Source: Sinorhizobium meliloti (GTDB lineage Bacteria > Pseudomonadota > Alphaproteobacteria > Rhizobiales > Rhizobiaceae). Taken from it: a DNA stretch of 32,000 nt. Position numbers and translations under genes: made by a program. Each line of letters opens with the position of its first letter. Positions within the stretch are counted from its first letter, which is position 1. A model generated the notes under the pieces. That model saw only the letters and a program-made list of their open reading frames with translations. It was not told the origin of the DNA and did no database searches. Location: the NCBI RefSeq assembly GCF_017876815.1, contig NZ_JAGIOS010000001.1, positions 2,190,001 to 2,222,000 of the forward strand. The letters are read 5' to 3'. Shown piece after piece: positions 8,602-15,890 of the stretch.

Positions 8602-9246
8602 AATTTCCTTCAAAAGATCGTCGGTCGATATCTGGCGGCAATAGCCCTTGATTGCGCTCAGCGAGGTGTTGTGGCGTTCCTCGGAATAGGTGCCGCAGGC
8701 ATCCGGTACGAGCGTCACCAGATAGTTGAGGTCGCAGGCGTCGCGCACTGCCGATTCCACGCATTGGTCGGTCAGGAGGCCGCACAGTACGATCTGCCTC
8801 ACCCCGAGATTACGCAGCACATAGTCGATATGGGTGGAGACGAAGACACTGGAGGAACTCTTCGGGAAGACGATTTCGTCCTCCAGGGGTTCGAGCTCAT
8901 CGATTACCTTACCATCCCAGGAGCCCTTCGGCACGTTGAAGCCGGTGATCTTGTAGTCGAGGCTGCGGTCGCGGCCGTCCTTCGTCAGGCTCTCGATCGT
9001 CGTGTGCAACACCTCGATGCCGGCCTTGCGGAAACCGGCGAGCAGGCGCTGCATGTTCGGTATCGCCACCTCGCGGATACGGTTGAAGTAGTAGCCGTAC
9101 TTGCCGGCAATATCCGCATCGGAGACATCCTTGAACTCGCCCCCCTCGCGGCTGACCGAGAAGTTCTGCACGTCGATGAACAGGATGGCGGAAGCGGCCG
9201 GGTCCAGCGGCACGTCGCGGGTGGTCAGATGGTCAGCGGCCATCAT
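8593..9246 (-). CDS. Isochorismatase-family cysteine hydrolase (paralog 2)
   Basis: Start placed at ATGATG (9246/9243, MMAADHLTTRD) after GAAGGAA. Triad context is ILFIDVQN (Asp), VFPKSS (Lys) and LTDQCV (Cys). It overlaps the upstream gene's stop (9233) by about 14 nt. The ORF-track extension to 9360 was rejected. Confidence 0.88.
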   Translation of the reverse strand: MMAADHLTTRDVPLDPAASAILFIDVQNFSVSREGGEFKDVSDADIAGKYGYYFNRIREVAIPNMQRLLAGFRKAGIEVLHTTIESLTKDGRDRSLDYKITGFNVPKGSWDGKVIDELEPLEDEIVFPKSSSSVFVSTHIDYVLRNLGVRQIVLCGLLTDQCVESAVRDACDLNYLVTLVPDACGTYSEERHNTSLSAIKGYCRQISTDDLLKEIGQ

Positions 9247-10048
9247 TGGTTCCTTCGATGCTTTCTGCCGCAAGCCGGAGGGGGCCGGCCAGCCGGTCCG
9301 CCCATTCCTGTTGCCCGCGGGCGTCGTTGATGAGGTCGTTGCGCACTTCGAGAAGCACATGCGGAATGCCGCGCCGCTCGCCGTGCACGGGGATCGTGTA
9401 ATCGGAGAGATCGTCGACGTGGTACGGCTCGTTGAGCCTGACGGTAACGTCCGGATTGGCGGCGCGGAAGGTTTCGGCCAGTCGTTGGGCGAAACGGGCG
9501 TCGCGATTGTAGAGAAGGCCGAGTTCGAAATTCCGGACGGCGCCGGTCGCGCGCATCACGGGCGTGAAGCTGTGTACCGAGACGAGGAAGAGCGGCTTGC
9601 CGGTCGCCTGTCGCTGATCGAGCCCGCCGGCGATCGCCTCGTGCAGCGGCTGATGGATTTCCACGTAGCGGCCGAGGCGTTCGCGGTCGGACAGGTCCGC
9701 ATTGACCGGAACGACGGTCCCGTCGCTCTGCGCCACGAAGCAGTCCGTCGCTTCGAAGGGACGGTTGCAGTCGATGACGAGCCGGCTGTATCGCTGCAGG
9801 ACGAGCGCTGCATCGAGGCGTTCGGAAATGCCGCGCGCAACACCCTCGGCGCCGACGTCGTAGGCGATGTGGCGCTCCATTTCCTCGGGTGCAATGCCGA
9901 GATCGCCAAGCGCTGCAGGCAGGGCGCGGCCCGCATGTTCGCAGGTGAGGAAGATCGTCGACCGGCCGGTGGGATTGATCCATTCTACGGGATCGGGGTC
10001 ACCCGCCTGCAGCAATCCGGTCGTGTCGCGATCTGCGAGCCTGAGCAT
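9233..10048 (-). CDS. N-formylglutamate amidohydrolase (FGase) family hydrolase
   Basis: 271 aa. FLTCEHAG and SVHSFTP are the hallmark motifs of the FGase/HutG-like zinc hydrolase family. Confidence 0.85.
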   Translation of the reverse strand: MLRLADRDTTGLLQAGDPDPVEWINPTGRSTIFLTCEHAGRALPAALGDLGIAPEEMERHIAYDVGAEGVARGISERLDAALVLQRYSRLVIDCNRPFEATDCFVAQSDGTVVPVNADLSDRERLGRYVEIHQPLHEAIAGGLDQRQATGKPLFLVSVHSFTPVMRATGAVRNFELGLLYNRDARFAQRLAETFRAANPDVTVRLNEPYHVDDLSDYTIPVHGERRGIPHVLLEVRNDLINDARGQQEWADRLAGPLRLAAESIEGTNDGR

Positions 10049-10107
10049 GAGATGAGATCCGTCGTGCGGTCCGGCGCGGGCCGGCGGCGCGGGCTTCGAT
10101 GGCGATC

Positions 10108-10182
10108 AGTCAAAGAAATTTTTCAATCATAGTCAATCTGATTTTTCTATTTGACTAATTTTTTTCATGACGCGAATATTCG
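10108..10182. promoter_or_regulatory. AT-rich divergent promoter/operator region between the FGase-operon and rpiR-like genes
   Basis: A roughly 70-nt AT-rich island in GC-rich DNA. AGTCAA occurs at 10108 and 10131, with an inverted TTGACT at 10151 (AGTCAA-N14-TTGACT). TTGACT-N17-GAATAT (10151-10179) fits a plus-strand sigma70-type promoter. A perfect 10-bp palindrome CGAATATTCG lies at 10173-10182, upstream of the rpiR SD. Confidence 0.45.
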
Positions 10183-10206
10183 TTCCAGCAAGGGGAAGAG
10201 ACGCCG

Positions 10207-11109
10207 ATGAGCGATGGGAAATCGTCGACGACGATCCGCACGAGGATCCGCGAGGCCGCCGGGCAGCTGACGGCCAGCGAGCGCAAGATCGCCAATGCCA
10301 TTCTCGCCGATTACCCCTTCACCGGCCTGGAAAGCATTCAGGAACTGGCGGCCAAGACCGGCGTCAGCGCGCCCTCCATCACCCGTTTCGTCAGTAAGAT
10401 CGGCTGCGGCGGCTTTCAGGACCTGCAACGTCAATTGATCGCCGAGCTGAAGGAGGGCCGGCGCTCGCCCCTCGACCTCAAATCCAGCCAGAGGCCGGTC
10501 GGCCATTCGGAGTTCCTGTCGGAATATGTAGCGCGTGTTTCGGCCGTCATGGGGGAAATGACGGGGATGGTCTCGCAGGCACAGTTCGACATTCTGGCCG
10601 AGCTTCTTGCCGACCCGTCGCGCAACATCTTCCTGCTCGGCGGGCGCGTCAGCGACAGCATCGCATCCTTCCTGTCGATCCATCTCCGGCAGATCCGCAG
10701 CGGCATCTACCACATGGCCGACAACCCGGAATTCTGGCCGGAGCATGTGCTGCGCATGCGCAGGAAGGACGTCGTGCTGCTGATCGATTTCCGGCGTTAC
10801 CAGCTCAGCCTCGCACGCCTCGCCGAGAACATCGCCCAGAAGCGTGGCGCGACCATCGTCGTCGTCACCGACAAGTGGATGTCGCCGGCTGCCCGCAGCG
10901 CCGATCACATCGTCGCGCTGCCGATCGACGCCGGCACGGCCTGGGACACTGTTTCGGCTGCCATGGCGCTCGTCGAAGCACTTATCGTGCGCGTCTCGGA
11001 GGCCGATTGGGAGGCAACGCAGAAGCGTATCAAGGATTGGGACGGCATCCGCTTTGCGATGCCGGGCTACGACCAGGACAGCATCAACGGGGACGCAGAT
11101 GAAACGTGA
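10207..11109 (+). CDS. MurR/RpiR-family transcriptional regulator (HTH_6 + SIS domain)
   Basis: 300 aa. The N-terminal LTASERKIANAILADYP...ELAAKTGVSAPSITRFVSKIG is the RpiR HTH. The C-terminal IFLLGGRVSDSIASFL region is the SIS sugar-phosphate-binding fold. An AGGGGAAGAG SD lies upstream. Confidence 0.9.
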   Translation: MSDGKSSTTIRTRIREAAGQLTASERKIANAILADYPFTGLESIQELAAKTGVSAPSITRFVSKIGCGGFQDLQRQLIAELKEGRRSPLDLKSSQRPVGHSEFLSEYVARVSAVMGEMTGMVSQAQFDILAELLADPSRNIFLLGGRVSDSIASFLSIHLRQIRSGIYHMADNPEFWPEHVLRMRRKDVVLLIDFRRYQLSLARLAENIAQKRGATIVVVTDKWMSPAARSADHIVALPIDAGTAWDTVSAAMALVEALIVRVSEADWEATQKRIKDWDGIRFAMPGYDQDSINGDADET

Positions 11110-12412
11110 GGAAATGATGATCGCCTGCTGCGGCGATCTCTCGGGCAAGGTGCGCGGCAAGGCCTTTCCGCTGGCGCAGATGGACAAGCGCTTGCGGCGG
11201 GGCGTCGGCTGGACGCCGACCAATGTGCAGATCACCTGCTTCGACGCGATCGCCGAAAGCCCCTTCGGCTCGCTCGGAGACCTCATGCTCATTCCCGATC
11301 CGTCGACCTGCGTCAGCTTCGAAAGCGAGGAGGGGGCGCCGAAGGAGAACTTCGTTCTCGGTAACATTCGCTATACCGACGGCCGCCCGTGGGAATTCTG
11401 CACGCGCTCTGTTCTCGAGGCCGCCCTGCAGCGGTTGCAGAGCGTGGCGGGTGTCACGCTTTACGGTGCCTTCGAGCATGAATTCCAGCTCAAGCACCGC
11501 CTTGGCGATCTCGGCAAGGCCTTCACGCTCGGAGGGTTTCAGGAGGAACGGCATTTCTGCGAGGCGATCATCGCGGCAATGCGTGAGGCGGGCGTGACGC
11601 CCGATACGATTCTGAAGGAGTTCGGCGCCGGTCAGTTCGAGGTGACGATGGGCCCCCAGAGGGGCGTCACCATCGCCGATCATTCGCTGATTACCCGCGA
11701 ACTTGTCGGTCTCGTCGCCCGCGAGCTTTCCTATGAGTCGACCTTCACGCCGATCCGCGATCCGGCCGGGGTCGGCAACGGCGTGCATGTCCACATGAGC
11801 ATGCTGGATTCGGCGGGTGACCCGGTCACCTACGATCCGAACGGCAAACATGAGCTTTCCGATGTTGCGGGAAAGTTCGTCGCCGGCATTCTGAAATATC
11901 TCGACTCGATCATTGCGATCACGGCGCCGAGCGTGGTCTCCTACCTGCGTCTCACGCCGCATCGCTGGAGCGCAGCCTTCAACAATCTCGGTTTTCGCGA
12001 CCGCGAGGCATCGGTGCGCATCTGCCCGGTTTCTGACATCAGCGACATCGCCCGCGCCGCCCAGTTCAACTTCGAATTCCGTGCGGCCGATGCAACCGCC
12101 AACCCGCATCTTGCCCTCGCGGCAATCGTTCATGCCGGGGTACAGGGCATCGAGGAGGGTCTCGCGGTGCCGGAGGCGACACAGGAAGATCTTTCGCTCC
12201 TGAGCCCGGAGGCCCTTGCCGCCCGTGGCTACGTCCGCCTGCCGCAGACACTCGAAGCGGCCCTCCAGCGCTTCGAGGAAAATGAAACCGTGTGCGGCTG
12301 GTTCCCCGAGGGATTTGCCGACGTCTACGTCAAGCATAAGGAGGGCGAAATCGCCTATCTGGCGGACAAGACCCAGACGGAGATTTGTGAGGCCTACGAA
12401 AGCGTCTATTGA
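11099..12412 (+). CDS. Glutamine synthetase family protein (GlnA-like / possible gamma-glutamyl-amine ligase)
   Basis: GS catalytic-domain motifs FEHEFQL, NGVHVHMSM and YLRLTPHRWSAAFNNLGFRDREASVRI. Candidate starts are the ATG at 11099 (overlaps the rpiR stop by 11 nt) or 11114/11117 (GAGGAA SD). The ORF-track start at 10844 lies inside rpiR in another frame and was rejected. Confidence 0.85.
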   Translation: MKREEMMIACCGDLSGKVRGKAFPLAQMDKRLRRGVGWTPTNVQITCFDAIAESPFGSLGDLMLIPDPSTCVSFESEEGAPKENFVLGNIRYTDGRPWEFCTRSVLEAALQRLQSVAGVTLYGAFEHEFQLKHRLGDLGKAFTLGGFQEERHFCEAIIAAMREAGVTPDTILKEFGAGQFEVTMGPQRGVTIADHSLITRELVGLVARELSYESTFTPIRDPAGVGNGVHVHMSMLDSAGDPVTYDPNGKHELSDVAGKFVAGILKYLDSIIAITAPSVVSYLRLTPHRWSAAFNNLGFRDREASVRICPVSDISDIARAAQFNFEFRAADATANPHLALAAIVHAGVQGIEEGLAVPEATQEDLSLLSPEALAARGYVRLPQTLEAALQRFEENETVCGWFPEGFADVYVKHKEGEIAYLADKTQTEICEAYESVY

Positions 12413-12548
12413 CGGCAAACTGCCGCCGCTGCCGTTTACGGCCGGCTCCTTGTCGGGCAGATTGCCGCATTCTGCAGTTCGGCTTTTGGCGCGACGTCCG
12501 CAGCCCCTATATAACGGGCAGCAGATGCGACCGAACCGGGCGGATGGT

Positions 12549-13016
12549 ATGAGCGACGAACTGAAGGGCCACGCTGTGCAAAGCGCGGCTATGCGCGAAC
12601 GCGCAGAAGCGGAGATGAAAGCACTGGGGATCGATGAAGCGTTCATCGGAAAGCTGGTCGACACGTTCTATGCGCGGGTGCTCGCGCATCCGGAGCTTGG
12701 GCCGGTGTTCGACGCAAGGCTTTCGGGACGCTGGCCGGAGCACATGGAGAAGATGAAAAGCTTCTGGTCCGCCGTTGCCTTCCGCAGCGGCGCTTACGGC
12801 GGAAAGCCGGTGCAGGCGCATCTCGGCGTCGCCAATATGTCTCCGGAGCTCTTCCCGAAATGGCTGGGGCTCTTTGCCGCGACGCTCGACGACATTGCAC
12901 CGAATGAGGAAGCGAAGGCTTGGTTCATGGCCACAGCAGAGCGCATCGCGCGTAGCCTGACGCTCTCGCTCTTCTACAATCCGGCGCTCGACGACCCGGC
13001 ACTCAAGCGCTCCTGA
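12549..13016 (+). CDS. Group III truncated haemoglobin (bacterial globin family)
   Basis: About 155 aa from ATG 12549 (alternative 12525). LVDTFYARVLAHPELGPVFD...WPEHMEKMKSFWSAVAFRSGAYGGKPVQAHL...FPKWLGLFAATL matches the trHb group III pattern. The ORF-track 5' extension to 12216 overlaps the GS gene and was rejected. Confidence 0.8.
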   Translation: MSDELKGHAVQSAAMRERAEAEMKALGIDEAFIGKLVDTFYARVLAHPELGPVFDARLSGRWPEHMEKMKSFWSAVAFRSGAYGGKPVQAHLGVANMSPELFPKWLGLFAATLDDIAPNEEAKAWFMATAERIARSLTLSLFYNPALDDPALKRS

Positions 13017-13211
13017 AAATTGGCGCCTTTGGCGATGAGGTGCCGCCGAGCGGACTTCCATCGACCGACTTCGATGCGCGCAGCCGATGTTCCACACCCG
13101 TGCTGACCGGCAAAGAATCCTTGTGTCCAGCACTCTCACGCCAATGATATCTACGCGGAGCCGTTCAAACGAAAATTATTATCTACTAAATCTATTTAAT
13201 TTACGCTTTAC

Positions 13212-13237
13212 TCCTCCTCATCGGCTCGTCAGGAGGA
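13212..13237 (+). promoter_or_regulatory. Shine-Dalgarno-sequestering hairpin in the leader of the thioredoxin-fold gene
   Basis: TCCTCCT (13212-13218) is the exact complement of AGGAGGA (13231-13237), which is the SD 4 nt upstream of ATG 13242. The loop is 12 nt. An unusually AT-rich stretch (about 13150-13210) lies immediately upstream. Confidence 0.4.
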
Positions 13238-13241
13238 CACC

Positions 13242-13829
13242 ATGCCCAAAACTCAATCCAATTCCATCACACTGGGAACGCGCGCTGCGGACTTCGTCCT
13301 GCCCGACGCGGGGGGAAATCTGTTCACTCTCGCGGAATTCAAGGACAGCCCGGCGCTGCTTGTCGCTTTCATTTCGAACCGCTGCCCCTTCGTCGTTCTG
13401 ATCCGTGAAGCGCTGGCGAAGTTCGCGGGAGATTATGCCGGGCAGGGGCTCGCCGTCGTCGCGATCAACAGCAATGATGCACAGGCGTTTCCGGAAGAGA
13501 CGCTCGAGCGGGTCGGCGCAGAGGTGAAGGCTTACGGCTATGGCTTTCCCTACCTCAAGGACGCGTCGCAAAGCGTCGCCAAGGCCTATGGCGCGGCCTG
13601 TACCCCGGATTTCTTCCTTTATGACCGCGAACGGCGGCTCGTCTATCACGGGCAGTTCGATGACGCTCGCCCGGGTAACGGCAAGGATGTGACGGGCGCC
13701 GATCTGCGCGCCGCCGTCGATGCGGTGCTGAAGGGTAAGGACGTCGGTACCACTCAGGTCCCATCGATCGGCTGCAACATCAAGTGGACAGCCGGCAACG
13801 AGCCATCCTGGTTCCCCACGGCCGCCTGA
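13242..13829 (+). CDS. Thioredoxin-fold / AhpC-TSA-like redoxin family protein
   Basis: 195 aa. DFVLPD..G..F.L.EF...PALLVAFISNRCPFV...AINSND...GYGFPYLKD.SQ.VAKAYGAACTPDFFLYD...IGCNIKW matches the widespread roughly 190-aa thioredoxin-family redoxin. A strong AGGAGG SD is present. Confidence 0.85.
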   Translation: MPKTQSNSITLGTRAADFVLPDAGGNLFTLAEFKDSPALLVAFISNRCPFVVLIREALAKFAGDYAGQGLAVVAINSNDAQAFPEETLERVGAEVKAYGYGFPYLKDASQSVAKAYGAACTPDFFLYDRERRLVYHGQFDDARPGNGKDVTGADLRAAVDAVLKGKDVGTTQVPSIGCNIKWTAGNEPSWFPTAA

Positions 13830-13843
13830 GCGGCGCTCTCACT

Positions 13844-13864
13844 GCCGGGCCGGGAAGGCCCGGC
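13844..13864 (+). terminator. GC-rich stem-loop after the redoxin gene (candidate intrinsic terminator or operon boundary)
   Basis: GCCGGGCC-GGGAA-GGCCCGGC forms a perfect 8-bp stem 15 nt after the stop. The downstream tract is C-rich rather than U-rich. Confidence 0.4.
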
Positions 13865-13896
13865 ACCGCCCCCTTCATCCTGTAGATCGGTACACC

Positions 13897-15540
13897 ATGG
13901 CTTCGCGTCGCAATGAACAGCCTGCGGAAAAAGGGCGTCTCATCGAAACGGATGTGCTCGTCATCGGTGGCGGGCCCTCCGCCGCCTGGGCGGCACTGTC
14001 CGCCGCCGAAGCAGGCGCGCGCGTCGTGCTGGCCGACAAGGGCTATCATGGCACGAGTGGGGCCACGGCGCCGTCCAATACAGGCACGTGGTGCGTTCCG
14101 CCCGGCGAGGGCCGTGCGGCCTCCGTAGAGCAGCGCTTCAAGCGGACGGCCGGCCTTGCCGACCGTCGCTGGATGCTGCGCTCGGCAGACCGGGCTTACG
14201 AGAACCTGCAGAAGCTGGTCGAATGGGGCTACCCCTTTCCGAGCGAGGAGGACGGCAGCCTCTACGTCGCCAATCTGCGCGGCCCGGACTACATGCGCTT
14301 CATGCGCCGGCACGTGCACAAAGCCGGCGTCACCATTCTCGATCATCATCCCATCCTCGAATTGCTCGGTGACGACAATCACATCGGCGGCGCGGCAGGG
14401 CTCGTGCGCCGCACCGGCGCAAGCTTCCGGGTGTCGGCGGGTGCGGTCGTGCTCGCCACCGGCGGGTGCGCCTTCTTCGAGCGCATCCTCGGCGGAACGG
14501 GTCTGACGGGCGACGGCTACCTGTTTGCCGTGGAGGCCGGCGCGTCCCTTTCGGGCATGGAATTCACCGGCAAATATACGCTTGCGCCGCACGGCTCGTC
14601 ACTGAACAAGGGTCTTCCCTTCCGTTGGGCCACCTTCTATCGAGAGAACGGGGAGGTGCTTCGCGACGGCCGCGGCGAGCCGGTCACCAACGGCATCGGC
14701 GGCGGCGAACGGCAGGTGGCTGACGCCATGCTCTCCGGTCCGGTTTATGCCAGGCTGGACCTCGCGGAACCCGCCATGCGGGACTGGCTCCGGCGCGGCC
14801 AGCCGAACTGCTTCCAGCCCTACGACCGCATGGGCATCGACCCGTTCGAGGACCTCTTCCGCGTCGAACTCAAATATGAAGGCACGGTGCGCGGCACCGG
14901 CGGCATCCGCCTCGTTACCTCCGACTGCGCAACCGGCATTGCCGGCCTCTATGCGGCCGGTGATGCGGCGAGCCGCGAAAACGTGACCGGCGGCGTCTCC
15001 GGCGGCGGCGCCGTCAACGCGTCCTGGGCAATCGCCAGTGGCTGGTGGGCGGGCCATGGCGCGGCACAGCATGCGCGCCGCCGCCGGGGCCGCGACAATG
15101 CACGGCTGCAAGCGCTCGGCACGACGGGTCTCAGGGGAAGGGGCGAGCGCCAGGATATCGACCTCGCGGCCGCCGCCCGCACGGTGCACGACGAGATCGC
15201 GCCGCTCGACAAGAGTTACTGGCGCACGGCCGGGTCGCTGGAAGCGAGCCGCAGGGTGCTCGAGGACCTCTGGTCGAAGCTCAGCCGGGCGAATCCTGCG
15301 ACCGGCATCGAACGCCTTCGCTCGCGCGAGGTCGCGTCGGTCACGGCAAGTGCGCGCTGGACGGTGGCCGCGGCCCTGCTCAGGACCGAAAGCCGCGGCG
15401 TGCATCGCCGGCGCGATTTCCCGGGAGAGAACGAATCACAGGCGGGCCGCATCATCGTCTCCGGCCTCGATCGGGTGACGGCGGTACGCGAGGACCTTGC
15501 GCTCGAGGACCTGGCGCTCGGAACGGCGCAAGAGGGCTGA
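13897..15540 (+). CDS. FAD-dependent oxidoreductase, fumarate reductase / L-aspartate oxidase / APS-reductase-alpha class flavoprotein
   Basis: 547 aa. Dinucleotide fold DVLVIGGGPSAAWAALSAAEAGARVVLADKG, the LYAAGDAAS FAD motif, and the ESRGVHRRRDFP motif typical of Sdh/Frd/NadB-class flavoproteins. Confidence 0.85.
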   Translation: MASRRNEQPAEKGRLIETDVLVIGGGPSAAWAALSAAEAGARVVLADKGYHGTSGATAPSNTGTWCVPPGEGRAASVEQRFKRTAGLADRRWMLRSADRAYENLQKLVEWGYPFPSEEDGSLYVANLRGPDYMRFMRRHVHKAGVTILDHHPILELLGDDNHIGGAAGLVRRTGASFRVSAGAVVLATGGCAFFERILGGTGLTGDGYLFAVEAGASLSGMEFTGKYTLAPHGSSLNKGLPFRWATFYRENGEVLRDGRGEPVTNGIGGGERQVADAMLSGPVYARLDLAEPAMRDWLRRGQPNCFQPYDRMGIDPFEDLFRVELKYEGTVRGTGGIRLVTSDCATGIAGLYAAGDAASRENVTGGVSGGGAVNASWAIASGWWAGHGAAQHARRRRGRDNARLQALGTTGLRGRGERQDIDLAAAARTVHDEIAPLDKSYWRTAGSLEASRRVLEDLWSKLSRANPATGIERLRSREVASVTASARWTVAAALLRTESRGVHRRRDFPGENESQAGRIIVSGLDRVTAVREDLALEDLALGTAQEG

Positions 15541-15543
15541 GCG

Positions 15544-15873
15544 ATGATCGAAGTCGTCTCCACCGACCGCTGCATTCGCTGTGACATCTGCGAGCGCATC
15601 TGCCCCGCCTTCGTCTTCGACCGCGACGAAACCGGCCTTCCCGTCATCGCCCGGCAGGACGACTGCCAGACCTGCTTCCTCTGCGAAATCTACTGTCCGG
15701 CGGATGCGCTTTATGTCGCCGAACAGGCGCACGGGCCGATCGGCATCACCGAGGCCGAAGTTCTGGAGCGCGATCTTTTCGGTCTCTATGCCCGATCGCT
15801 CGGCTGGAGCCGCGGGCGCGCCGGAGGGGCACAGAATGATCCGACCCGCCACATCCGTGTGGCACAGGTCTGA
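15544..15873 (+). CDS. 2x[4Fe-4S] ferredoxin with a C-terminal extension
   Basis: 109 aa. Two CxxCxxCxxxCP motifs (CIRCDICERICP and CQTCFLCEIYCP) plus a tail of about 45 aa. It starts 4 nt after the flavoprotein stop, indicating a co-translated pair. Confidence 0.88.
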   Translation: MIEVVSTDRCIRCDICERICPAFVFDRDETGLPVIARQDDCQTCFLCEIYCPADALYVAEQAHGPIGITEAEVLERDLFGLYARSLGWSRGRAGGAQNDPTRHIRVAQV

Positions 15874-15890
15874 ATGCAGGAGAGACGAAC

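Noticed and set aside
10172-10193. Possible sigma-54 (-24/-12) promoter reading leftwards (CTGGAAC-N..-TCGC)
   Set aside because: The GG-to-GC spacing is off by one from the TGGCAC-N5-TTGC consensus and the flanking bases match poorly. The same bases are better explained by the CGAATATTCG palindrome.
10165-12664. 400-aa and 526-aa minus-strand ORFs opposite the rpiR and GS-like genes
   Set aside because: Both are antisense shadows with low-complexity translations. The plus strand has HTH_6/SIS and GS catalytic motifs.
13211-13219. The CTCCTCCTC motif as a possible CCUCCUCCC-type ('cuckoo'/CcsR-like) sRNA
   Set aside because: There is only one copy, and it sits in a stem rather than a loop. 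It is directly complementary to the adjacent SD, so a cis-acting SD-sequestering hairpin is the simpler reading.
13087-13401. 104-aa plus-strand ORF starting in the AT-rich intergenic region and running into the redoxin gene
   Set aside because: It is out of frame with the well-supported redoxin CDS and has no SD or protein-like features.
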